DNA of 52,634 nucleotides from an uncultured Candidatus Berkelbacteria bacterium. Lineage in GTDB: Bacteria; Patescibacteriota; UBA1384; CAILIB01. A program made the translations under genes and the position numbers. Position 1 is the first letter of the stretch. Each line of letters begins with the position of its first letter. The notes below the pieces were generated by a model. That model did not search any database and had not been told where the DNA came from. It saw only the letters and a list, made by a program, of their open reading frames with translations. The DNA is taken from NCBI GenBank assembly GCA_903834195.1, contig CAILIB010000033.1, positions 1 through 52,634 on the forward strand. The letters are read 5' to 3'. This document shows, one piece after another, positions 9,248-17,789 of the stretch.

Positions 9248-10188
9248 AGACTCATGTTCAACAGTCCGGCTACGGGTTAGGCTCAGAAATTGTCCTCACA
9301 CTGGTTGGTACTGCTTCGCTCGACCTTGATATTTTATTGGCGCAGGTATGGCAAAAGATTCGGTTATTTGAAGAACGTTTTAGTCGATTTCAACCAACAA
9401 GTGAGCTATCTAAAGTTAATCAAATTGCAGGGCAGTGGGTTGAGGTAAGTTCTGAATTTCTTGAAGTCCTTACGCTAGCTATTTCATTTTCCAAATCTAC
9501 TGAAGGTCGGTTTAATCCGCTGATTTTACCGGCACTACAGCGTGCTGGATACGTAGGATCTTGGCCGAATCCAGTACAAAGTAATACTGATTTAGATTAT
9601 CGACAGCGTGAAATTCATGCAATCGATAGCATAAAAATTGAAGGCTCCCGAATTCAAATTCCAGAAGCAAGCGCACTTGATTTTGGTGGGTGTGGAAAAG
9701 GAATTTTACTCGATCAACTTGCTGATTTTCTCTCAGGTAAAACCAATAACTATTGGCTCTCACTTGGGGGAGATATTATTTGCTGTGGTGTTGATATGAA
9801 CGATCAGGAATGGTCTGTAGGAATTGCTCGCGTAGGTGTCCAAGGAATTATTGGTTCAGTGAAAAATGAAGGTGGTGAAAAGTGTGCAATTGCAACATCT
9901 GGAACTACAAAGCGACGTGGTACGCAAAATGACACTGAATGGCACCATATCATTAATCCGGTTACACATGCACCGGCGGAAACAGTAGTGTGCACTGCAA
10001 CTGTGTGTGCGCCAACCGCAGCAGCTGCGGACGTGTATGCGAAATGTATTGTTATATCTGGTTTAGAATACGAAAAAGAGATCTTCGAAAAAAAAGGTAT
10101 TACTGCTGCTGCGGTACAGTATGATGGTTTGGATGGAATAATAAGCGTATATTCACAAGGGTCACAAATAAAACTGCAAAATGAGTAG
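9244..10188 (+). CDS. apbE: ApbE-family FAD:protein FMN transferase, no N-terminal signal peptide or lipobox visible
   Basis: 314 aa. ApbE-like blocks (RFSRFQPTSELSKVN, FNPLILP, DFGGCGKGILLD, AIATSGTTKR). GTGA overlap with the upstream gene. Confidence 0.8.
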   Translation: MKTHVQQSGYGLGSEIVLTLVGTASLDLDILLAQVWQKIRLFEERFSRFQPTSELSKVNQIAGQWVEVSSEFLEVLTLAISFSKSTEGRFNPLILPALQRAGYVGSWPNPVQSNTDLDYRQREIHAIDSIKIEGSRIQIPEASALDFGGCGKGILLDQLADFLSGKTNNYWLSLGGDIICCGVDMNDQEWSVGIARVGVQGIIGSVKNEGGEKCAIATSGTTKRRGTQNDTEWHHIINPVTHAPAETVVCTATVCAPTAAAADVYAKCIVISGLEYEKEIFEKKGITAAAVQYDGLDGIISVYSQGSQIKLQNE

Positions 10189-10759
10189 TACAGATTCACT
10201 TTTCACGATCGCACTAACACGTATTGTTTATACATGTCCTTGGTATATTGTACGAGGAGCAGGATTTGTGGCAGTATTTTTAATTATTCTTTTAATGTTA
10301 TCCGGTATTGGGTTAGTAACTGGACATACATTTCGATGGTTTGAACCTACCAAAGCTTGGGCGATTCATCGTGCAATGGGTATTGCACTCTGTGTAAGCA
10401 TGGCGGTGCACATATTATTCTTACTTATTGATCATTCACTTTCCTTTAATTTTGCACAGCTGTTTATTCCATTTATTTCCTCGTATCAAACGCTCTGGGT
10501 TGGGCTTGGAGTCTTAGCAATGTACTGTGTCGTCATTGTAGTTGCGAGTTCGTTAGGGTGGATTGATTCCAAAAGAGGGTTGTGGAAGAAGTTACACTTT
10601 GTGAGTTATGCTTCTATGTTGCTCGTATTCTTTCATGCGTTAAACTCAGGCTCTGACTTAAAATACGGTGCATTTCGCTCATTGTGGATACTTTTAGGAG
10701 GCATTTTGTTATTAGCAGTGGTGGTCCGAGTATTTCGTTCTGGTACGCTCAAAAAATAG
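10181..10759 (+). CDS. Ferric-reductase-domain (NOX/MsrQ-type) di-haem membrane protein
   Basis: 192 aa, about 6 TM helices. His63/His77 are 14 residues apart and His139/His152 are 13 apart, on two helices, the spacing seen in NOX-family bis-haem domains. 8-nt overlap with apbE. Confidence 0.7.
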   Translation: MSSTDSLFTIALTRIVYTCPWYIVRGAGFVAVFLIILLMLSGIGLVTGHTFRWFEPTKAWAIHRAMGIALCVSMAVHILFLLIDHSLSFNFAQLFIPFISSYQTLWVGLGVLAMYCVVIVVASSLGWIDSKRGLWKKLHFVSYASMLLVFFHALNSGSDLKYGAFRSLWILLGGILLLAVVVRVFRSGTLKK

Positions 10760-10838
10760 TATTATTTACCAAGATTTCAGATTAGAAAGTTGCCTAAAAT
10801 CTTGCCTTTTTGCCCATTTTGCCTAATAATGTTTCTGT

Positions 10839-12083
10839 ATGAAAACAATTTCGCAACGAGGTAGAGCACTACGAAGGGGTGGATACTTATTTTTCGTGTC
10901 GCTGTTATGTTTAAACTTCGCGACGGCTCCGGCGTATGCTGTTTCAGTTACGGATCTTCAGAAACAGAAAGCGTTACTTGAGCAGCAAGCTGCTGCAGCT
11001 AAGGCTCAGGCAGATGCTAATGCTGCGCTTGCACTTCAAGCTGCTAATACAGTTCAGCATTTGAGTGCGCAGGTAAATCAGCTTAAAGATAGTATTAACT
11101 CAACCCAGGGAACAATTGCAGATACAGAAGCAAGCATTGCAACTGAAGACCAGCAACTAGCAGCTCTTGAATCGCAAATTGGTGTAGTACAGCGTCAAGA
11201 GAATGCGATGATTCGTGCATTGTACATGCTTGAAACGAGTCAAGATGGGTTAGAATATTTTTCGAATCAGTCAGTGAGTGAGCAGGGTCGGATTAAAGAG
11301 CAAACTCAATCGTTAGAGACGTATTTAGGTACAGTTTCAAAACAATTAGTAGCGGTTAAAGCTGTGGCTGAGAGTGATCGAAATGCACTTGTAGAAAAGG
11401 ATCAATATTTATCCACACTTAAGTCACAGCAAGAAGATCAGCGTTCAACCTTGGCAGATGCCAAGAGTACTCAACAGGCTGTTCAATCAAATGCAACGGC
11501 TGCGCAAGCAAAGTTATTACAACAGGCCACTGCTGCTAAAGCTCAGGCAGATGTAATTGCACAAAAAATTGATTTATTGTCAGCAACGAATAACTGGGGT
11601 GGTGATTTAGTCTCTCAGAATGATCCTAGTTGGTACTATTCACAGATTGGTGATTACACGCAGCTTGGGTACAGCGGTGCAACTATAAATAATGTCGGAT
11701 GTTTGATTACCTCAATCGCAATGGTAACAACGTTTTATGGTCATCGGTTTACTCCAGATGATATGGCGCGAAATGCAACATTTAATAGTTGGGGTGGGTA
11801 CTATTGGGGAACTCCGTCAAACCTTGGGGTTCGTTTACAGCCAAGTGGTAGAGTTAACTGGTCAGTAGTACAAAGTCAGCTTGATCAAGGTCATCCAGTT
11901 ATTGTAGGTATTTACATGGCAAAAATTGGTGTTGTAAACCGTGATGGGTCATCTCACTATATTGTTATTAAGGCGCACGTTGGCGATAAGTGGATTATTC
12001 AGGATCCAATTGGACCGATCTCGCGTGTTCGTAGTTACGCACTGAAAGACGTTATTTCAATGATTCTTACGAGCCCACAGTAG
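10839..12083 (+). CDS. Secreted coiled-coil + papain-fold cysteine peptidase (C39-like/CHAP-like), PcsB-like putative cell-wall hydrolase
   Basis: Signal peptide (LLCLNFATAPAYA-VS), about 230 aa of Ala/Gln-rich coiled coil, then a C-terminal domain with catalytic-type Cys (NNVGCLITSIAMV) and His (SSHYIVIKAH), IIQDP. Confidence 0.65.
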   Translation: MKTISQRGRALRRGGYLFFVSLLCLNFATAPAYAVSVTDLQKQKALLEQQAAAAKAQADANAALALQAANTVQHLSAQVNQLKDSINSTQGTIADTEASIATEDQQLAALESQIGVVQRQENAMIRALYMLETSQDGLEYFSNQSVSEQGRIKEQTQSLETYLGTVSKQLVAVKAVAESDRNALVEKDQYLSTLKSQQEDQRSTLADAKSTQQAVQSNATAAQAKLLQQATAAKAQADVIAQKIDLLSATNNWGGDLVSQNDPSWYYSQIGDYTQLGYSGATINNVGCLITSIAMVTTFYGHRFTPDDMARNATFNSWGGYYWGTPSNLGVRLQPSGRVNWSVVQSQLDQGHPVIVGIYMAKIGVVNRDGSSHYIVIKAHVGDKWIIQDPIGPISRVRSYALKDVISMILTSPQ

Positions 12084-12117
12084 ATTGTGAGGTAGGTTAC
12101 AGTCTCATTTCCTTTGC

Positions 12118-12150
12118 CTAGATATAATTAAGACAACTTAATATATCTAG
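12118..12150 (+). promoter_or_regulatory. 14-bp inverted repeat (one bulged A) with a TTAAG-N4-CTTAA core, overlapping a TATAAT box just upstream of cydA
   Basis: CTAGATATAATTAAG-acaa-CTTAATATATCTAG. TATAAT at 12123-12128. Ends 12 nt before the cydA ATG. Confidence 0.35.
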
Positions 12151-12161
12151 TTGGGGCGTAC

Positions 12162-13499
12162 ATGAGTGATGCTAGTATACATGCGGCACGGGTGTTGATG
12201 GGAGATAGTTTAGGCTTCCATATCATCTTTGTCCTTTTTGGTTTAACATTGCCAATTCTAGTGAGTTGGTTCGAGTGGATGGGAATACGACATAAAGATG
12301 GTCGGTTGATCGAAACTGCGCGGTTTTGGTCAAAAATAATGGCAATTTTGGTAATTACGGGAGTAATTTCTGGCACGATTATTGCGTTGCAAATGTCATT
12401 AGTATGGCCAGGTATTCTTAAATTTGGTGGTGATGTTATCGGTTTGCCATTTCTATTTGAAACGTACGCTTTCTTGATTGAAGCTACATTCTTAGCTCTG
12501 TACATGGCGACCTGGAAAAATGCGCGAGTAAGTCAAAAGCTGCACGGGTATATTGGCTTTTTTGTCATTTTTGGTAGTACACTGAGTGCCTTCGCAATTA
12601 CGAGTATTAACGCCTGGATGAACTTACCGGCAGGATTTGATTTTGTGGGTGGTAAGATTCAGAACATTGATGTGTGGAAGGCTATATTTTCCCGAACCTC
12701 AATCGTCGAGTTTATCCATTCGATGCCGGGTTACTACTTAGCAGGTACACTTATGATCGCGGGGTTGTACGCCTTCACGGTCTTGCGTTCACATGCTAAG
12801 AATCGTGAGTCATTTGACCACGAACGCCGCGTCATGGGTAAACTCCTCGGTTTTGTGGTATGTTGTTTTGTTTTATCGGGTATTACTGCAGATATATCAG
12901 GAAAGTATCTTGCTAAATATGAGCCTGAAAAGTTGGCGGCTATCGAACTTGTCTACGATACAACAACTAATGCACCACTCACCGTTGGTGGAGTACCAGG
13001 AGACAACAATACGATTGTAGGTCCACATCTTCAAATTCCAGATGCGCTAAGTATCTTGGCTGGAAACTCAGTCGATACCACAGTGCAAGGTCTGAACGAT
13101 TTTTCAGCCGATACTCGTCCACCACTGTATGTGCACACGATATTTGACGTGAAGATGACACTCATTACCATTCTTGGACTGCTTGCAGTGCTCTACATTG
13201 GATTGCATTTCCTAAAACCGGATTACTTAAAGAGTAGAGCTGCACTTTGGATTTTGGGTGTTGTAAGTGTGTTTGGGATTTGTATCGTTGAGTTGGGGTG
13301 GATGATGACTGAAATTGGTCGTCAACCCTGGGCTGTGCGTGATTATGTAACCACTGCTCAGGCTCTCACAACCACACATGATATTACAAGTTTTGGCTAC
13401 TTCTTCCCACTCGCATATCTAGTCTTATTTATAGTAACTATTCTAGCCGTTCGTAAAGTGATTCACAGTAACAAGACTTCTCAAGGAGGTGAATTATGA
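12162..13499 (+). CDS. cydA: Cytochrome bd-type quinol oxidase subunit I (short Q-loop)
   Basis: 445 aa. N-terminal His (LGFHIIFV), Q-loop motif KYEPEKLAAIE, GWMMTEIGRQPWAV signature. Confidence 0.9.
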   Translation: MSDASIHAARVLMGDSLGFHIIFVLFGLTLPILVSWFEWMGIRHKDGRLIETARFWSKIMAILVITGVISGTIIALQMSLVWPGILKFGGDVIGLPFLFETYAFLIEATFLALYMATWKNARVSQKLHGYIGFFVIFGSTLSAFAITSINAWMNLPAGFDFVGGKIQNIDVWKAIFSRTSIVEFIHSMPGYYLAGTLMIAGLYAFTVLRSHAKNRESFDHERRVMGKLLGFVVCCFVLSGITADISGKYLAKYEPEKLAAIELVYDTTTNAPLTVGGVPGDNNTIVGPHLQIPDALSILAGNSVDTTVQGLNDFSADTRPPLYVHTIFDVKMTLITILGLLAVLYIGLHFLKPDYLKSRAALWILGVVSVFGICIVELGWMMTEIGRQPWAVRDYVTTAQALTTTHDITSFGYFFPLAYLVLFIVTILAVRKVIHSNKTSQGGEL

Positions 13500-14014
13500 A
13501 AGTACTCACTTACATTCTCTTTTTACTACCGCTGGTATTATTTGTTGTCGGATTTCTTTACGAAACGTACTTGAGCTTTCGTCGTCTTGCAGACCCGAAG
13601 GCAGGTAAAACAGGATATGTTACGGCAACCTGGGAAATCACTCATACATTGCTCATAGCAGCAGTTGTGGTGCTTGTAATGATGTTTAGCCATTCTATTG
13701 ACGGTATTGCTGAAACAATCTTTACAAGTACATTTGTGGCAGCCGCAGCGCTTACGGTTCGATATGCAACATATACGTATATTTTCTACGTTCGGGAAAC
13801 TAAGAAGATTTCATGGGTAGATTGGACATTTGCCTTCAGTCATGTGGTTGCTGCAGTTGCATTAGTAGTTTCTGTAGTTCGTGTACTTTGGTTTCTCTAT
13901 CAGAATAATCCATCAGTAAATGATCAATTTTTGAGCTTATTCGTTCCAGGACTAATTGTAACAATTGTCATTTGTGCGGTTCCAATGGCATACTTATATA
14001 TGTTGCGTGACTAA
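13496..14014 (+). CDS. Atypical short (172 aa, about 5 TM) membrane subunit translationally coupled to cydA; possible half-length CydB relative
   Basis: ATGA overlap with the cydA stop. Hydrophobic throughout. The segment ATWEITHTLLI is reminiscent of the conserved WDGNxVWLI segment of CydB. Canonical CydB is about twice this size. Confidence 0.5.
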   Translation: MKVLTYILFLLPLVLFVVGFLYETYLSFRRLADPKAGKTGYVTATWEITHTLLIAAVVVLVMMFSHSIDGIAETIFTSTFVAAAALTVRYATYTYIFYVRETKKISWVDWTFAFSHVVAAVALVVSVVRVLWFLYQNNPSVNDQFLSLFVPGLIVTIVICAVPMAYLYMLRD

Positions 14015-14041
14015 ACTAGACACATTTAAAAAATACTTTGT

Positions 14042-15487
14042 ATGTCAAACGAGGGATTAATTCAGCACTATCACATTACAAGCTCTTCGCTTGAGAATAG
14101 GCATGTATTTATTGGGCTAGGTAAAGACGATATTCATGTTTTAAAGTCCCTACACGGCTGGGCTAAAAAGAATGCGCCAACTATAGCACGTGAGTTTTAT
14201 GATCATCAGTTCGACTTTACCCCAACTCGAAGTATTTTTGATGGGTACTCAGTAAGTCATAATCTCCCAATTGAAAAAGTGCGCGAACATCTTGAGGTGA
14301 CTCAGGCTAACTATTTTATTCAAATCTTTGAAGAAGCAGATAGTGGGGGAGGTTTTGGAACAGATTATTTTGAAAAACGTCTTCATGTTGGGAAAATTCA
14401 CAATCGAATTAACTTGCCGCCAAAGTGGTACTTAGGTTCGTATACGCTGTATCAAGACATAGCATTCCGACATCTCAGAATGCACCTTATTGGTCAGCCT
14501 GGAAAGTTACGTCGTGCTGAACGTGCTTTGTACACAGTGTTTAACCTTGATATTCAAGCCATTGTCGACGGTTTCACCTTAGATTTAATGGAGTCTACTG
14601 GATTAAATATTACTAATATCCAGGTTGCAGAATACGAAGATTTAACCGATCATATCGGCTTAATTCGAACGGCATTCTCAGAGGAAATTACTGCCATTGC
14701 TACGGCAATGGGAAATGGTGATTTATCGATGCAAATTGTCCCGCTATCGGAGCAAGATACAATTCGTACTGCGTTTCGTCACAATGTTGAGCAGTTGCGC
14801 ATGGTAATCACTCGTTTACAAGAAACGTCGAACAATTTGCTTTCAGCTTCTAGCTTAACTGAAATGGCAAGTAAGGCTGTCAGCGAGAGTATGGGGTCAG
14901 TTGAAAGTGGTAGTAAAAAGCAGCAGGAGATTAGTACCACAGCACAGTCAGCTATGACTGGAATTCTGTCACAAATGGATGAGACGTCTGCACATGTGCA
15001 GGAACTTGATGCTCAGAGTAAAGACATCGGTATGATTACCGAAACAATTACGAGCATTGCTTCTCAGACTAACCTACTCGCATTGAATGCAGCTATCGAG
15101 GCAGCTCGTGCAGGTGAGGCTGGTCGTGGGTTTGCAGTTGTGGCTGATGAAGTACGTCGATTAGCTGAGAGTTCGAAGAAGTCGACTGACACAATTACGA
15201 CAATTATTCAAAAAATGCAGAATGAAATTCTTGCAGTAGCAAAGACTATTACTGGAAGTGAAAATGTTAATCAAACTGAAGAAATTGCAGAAGATGGTAC
15301 ACAAGGATTGCAAGTTGCAGTACGAAGTTTGCAAGATCAGCTTACAAGTCTTGAGCAAGTAGCAAAAGAGAACCAGCAGTCGATTACTCAAACTATTGGT
15401 TCAATTCAGTCTTCAGAAGAGTCTGCGAGAAATCTTCAAACTTCTGCAAAAGCACTCGGCGAGTTGTCAGCAACCTTCCATCTTTAG
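14042..15487 (+). CDS. Globin-coupled sensor / soluble methyl-accepting chemotaxis protein (HemAT-like aerotaxis transducer)
   Basis: N-terminal protoglobin-type sensor domain ([22 protein letters not shown] with proximal-His context). C-terminal MCP signalling hairpin ([36 protein letters not shown]). No TM helix. Confidence 0.85.
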   Translation: MSNEGLIQHYHITSSSLENRHVFIGLGKDDIHVLKSLHGWAKKNAPTIAREFYDHQFDFTPTRSIFDGYSVSHNLPIEKVREHLEVTQANYFIQIFEEADSGGGFGTDYFEKRLHVGKIHNRINLPPKWYLGSYTLYQDIAFRHLRMHLIGQPGKLRRAERALYTVFNLDIQAIVDGFTLDLMESTGLNITNIQVAEYEDLTDHIGLIRTAFSEEITAIATAMGNGDLSMQIVPLSEQDTIRTAFRHNVEQLRMVITRLQETSNNLLSASSLTEMASKAVSESMGSVESGSKKQQEISTTAQSAMTGILSQMDETSAHVQELDAQSKDIGMITETITSIASQTNLLALNAAIEAARAGEAGRGFAVVADEVRRLAESSKKSTDTITTIIQKMQNEILAVAKTITGSENVNQTEEIAEDGTQGLQVAVRSLQDQLTSLEQVAKENQQSITQTIGSIQSSEESARNLQTSAKALGELSATFHL

Positions 15488-15951
15488 TCTTCGGAAGATA
15501 AGAGCCGGCGGTAGCCAATAAGGCAGCCGGCTATTATTATAAACGCAACAAGTGACAAGAGGGGAATGCTAATAAAGCCAAACCAAGTAATGTATGGTGT
15601 TGTGCAAGAATTAGGTCCAGAAAGTGCACACGTAGTAATAAAGCTTCCTGGGTGAAGTGTGCGGTACTGTGCCATGTAGTAAATAACTGTGTGGTATCCG
15701 GCAATTGCCATGCCAATACCAACGAGTGGTGATGCATAGCGTAGGAATGTGCGTTTATCGTTCGACAGGAATGCTATAGGCAGAATAATTGCTAACGGAT
15801 ACAGACAAATGCGTTGATACCAACAAAGTTCGCACGGATTGTACTGTGCGAACTCGCTGAAGTATAAACTAACGAGAAGTCCGATAATTGCTTGTATTGA
15901 TGCTACACCTAGAAATAACAGGCGTAGTAAAGACTTTCGTTGTTCGTTCAT
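15484..15951 (-). CDS. Disulfide bond formation protein, DsbB family (BdbC-like)
   Basis: 155 aa, 4 TM helices. [13 protein letters not shown] motif in the first loop and a second Cys pair (CALSGPNSC). Confidence 0.8.
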   Translation of the reverse strand: MNEQRKSLLRLLFLGVASIQAIIGLLVSLYFSEFAQYNPCELCWYQRICLYPLAIILPIAFLSNDKRTFLRYASPLVGIGMAIAGYHTVIYYMAQYRTLHPGSFITTCALSGPNSCTTPYITWFGFISIPLLSLVAFIIIAGCLIGYRRLLSSED

Positions 15952-15961
15952 GTAGTGGTGA

Positions 15962-16507
15962 TTATACTCTGCGTAAGTGGATCCATCCTAGTGTGGATAC
16001 TACCAGAAGAATGGCTGCTCCGGCAAATGAAGCAAGTGCAACATACATGCCAATTTGGCCAAAGAGCCAGAATGAATAGCCATCACCGAGGAGTAATCCA
16101 CGAAGCGTTTCTCCCTGAAATAGTGTGGCTTTTTGGCTAGCTAAGGTAGTATTTGTTGGATCTACCATGGCGAGAGCGCTGACCTCTGAATATGTTTTTC
16201 CGCCAGCAATTTTTGTCAAATGGTGTCCGATATACTCATTTGCGTATGCTTTGGCTTTTACACCGCTATCAACTTGCTGGCCTCCGTACTGTTGAAGGGT
16301 TGGATATTCTTCTGCAGTAAATCCTGCGCTGCCTGCTTCAGGAAAGAATATTTTCTGTGAAACAAGTTCATCATGTACCGAATTTGTGGCAAACGTGTAG
16401 CCATACCAAGCGAGTGACCCAATAACTAAGAGTACAACTACAAGTATTCCACCAAGGGCAATGAATACTTTTTCAAATGTTTTATTCGGGTGATGTTTTT
16501 GCGCCAT
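15962..16507 (-). CDS. Membrane protein of unknown function (N- and C-terminal TM helices, extracytoplasmic middle domain)
   Basis: Start chosen at ATG 16507, preceded by AAAGGAGG. The longer ORF reaching 16585 lacks an RBS. Confidence 0.5.
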   Translation of the reverse strand: MAQKHHPNKTFEKVFIALGGILVVVLLVIGSLAWYGYTFATNSVHDELVSQKIFFPEAGSAGFTAEEYPTLQQYGGQQVDSGVKAKAYANEYIGHHLTKIAGGKTYSEVSALAMVDPTNTTLASQKATLFQGETLRGLLLGDGYSFWLFGQIGMYVALASFAGAAILLVVSTLGWIHLRRV

Positions 16508-16595
16508 GCGCCTCCTTTGAATACTTATTGTAATTAATATGATTATAATAGGTACATACAGGTAATACCGTGATGTAAGACACAATTTCAGTGAT

Positions 16596-17246
16596 ATGAC
16601 TCCAATAATAAAAGAACTGGTTACTACCTTTTTTGAGGCTTATCCACTCAAGACCTATAATCGTGATGAAATTATTGCTCGCCCAGGACAATCCTTACCT
16701 GGAATCATGTACGTAGAGGAGGGGCGTGCAATTCAGTACGATATTACAAATGATGGTCGTCAAATAGTGCTTAATAGTTTTCGTAAGCCTGCCTTTTTTT
16801 CGATGTCTAATGCTCTCCTAGATCTGCCGAATGCGTATTTCTTTGCTGCTGAGACAAAGTTGCGGGTACGTTGCGCGCCGTATGCTGACGTTTTGAGCTT
16901 CTTAGAAAAGCATCCAGAAGTGCAATTTGATCTTTTGAAACGCGTATTTCAAGGTACAGAAGGGATATTGCGCCGACTTTCATATGCTCTGGGTGGACGG
17001 GCATCGACAGCAATTCAGTTCGAGGTGCTCATAATGGCACGACGGTTTGGTACGAGTGATAAAAATGGTTGTTCAGTAGTTGTGACACATCAGCAATTGG
17101 CTGAGCGCACAGGGTTATCGCGCGAAACAGTAAGTCGTGAACTGGAGCTATTACAGCGACGAGGCTTGATTGAGTTGGGATACCGAAGCGTAGTGGTTCC
17201 GAATATTCAGCGGTTAGAGGAAACTCTTGATCTAGAGGTTAACTAA
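16596..17246 (+). CDS. Crp/Fnr-family transcriptional regulator (no N-terminal Cys cluster)
   Basis: cNMP-binding-like beta-barrel plus a C-terminal HTH (THQQLAERTGLSRETVSRELELLQRRGLI). Confidence 0.85.
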   Translation: MTPIIKELVTTFFEAYPLKTYNRDEIIARPGQSLPGIMYVEEGRAIQYDITNDGRQIVLNSFRKPAFFSMSNALLDLPNAYFFAAETKLRVRCAPYADVLSFLEKHPEVQFDLLKRVFQGTEGILRRLSYALGGRASTAIQFEVLIMARRFGTSDKNGCSVVVTHQQLAERTGLSRETVSRELELLQRRGLIELGYRSVVVPNIQRLEETLDLEVN

Positions 17247-17251
17247 TTAAA

Positions 17252-17722
17252 ATGACACCTTGGAAAATTCCACCAGTAATAAAGGTGTATGAAGCCCTAG
17301 GTGCAATTGATGATAACCGTATTGAGGTGAGGGGAGATTCAGCAAAAGTGTACTCATCAAGTCGAGGCAAGTCTTATGATGTTATATACGATGCTGAAAA
17401 GAATGCAATCACATCTAATGACAACGGCTCATTTTTCCAAGGATATTTAGGATACCCAGCAATTACATATCTGCTTAAGGTTGGGGTTTTTGAATATGAC
17501 GTTAATATTGCTGAATCTTTTGGCGGGTTCGCCTGGAAAGATATAAATGTGAAATTCAAAAATGATTGGGCAAAAACTGAGACATATATTTTTGAACACA
17601 TTATCAAGCAGGGATGGAATTCTCAGGTCTTAAGGGAAGCTGCACAGGATATTTTGAAACAAATTGAACTCCTAGAATTAAATCGTTTACCTTCGTCACA
17701 AAAACCTCCTAAAGCGTACTAA
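17252..17722 (+). CDS. Hypothetical protein, co-transcribed with the Crp/Fnr regulator
   Basis: 156-aa ORF starting 5 nt after the crp-like stop. No motif recognised. Confidence 0.5.
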   Translation: MTPWKIPPVIKVYEALGAIDDNRIEVRGDSAKVYSSSRGKSYDVIYDAEKNAITSNDNGSFFQGYLGYPAITYLLKVGVFEYDVNIAESFGGFAWKDINVKFKNDWAKTETYIFEHIIKQGWNSQVLREAAQDILKQIELLELNRLPSSQKPPKAY

Positions 17723-17789
17723 GTGACTTGTGTGTCAAAATATGGTACAACACATATATGGCAATAGCCATGATCACGGAGGATCGAAA

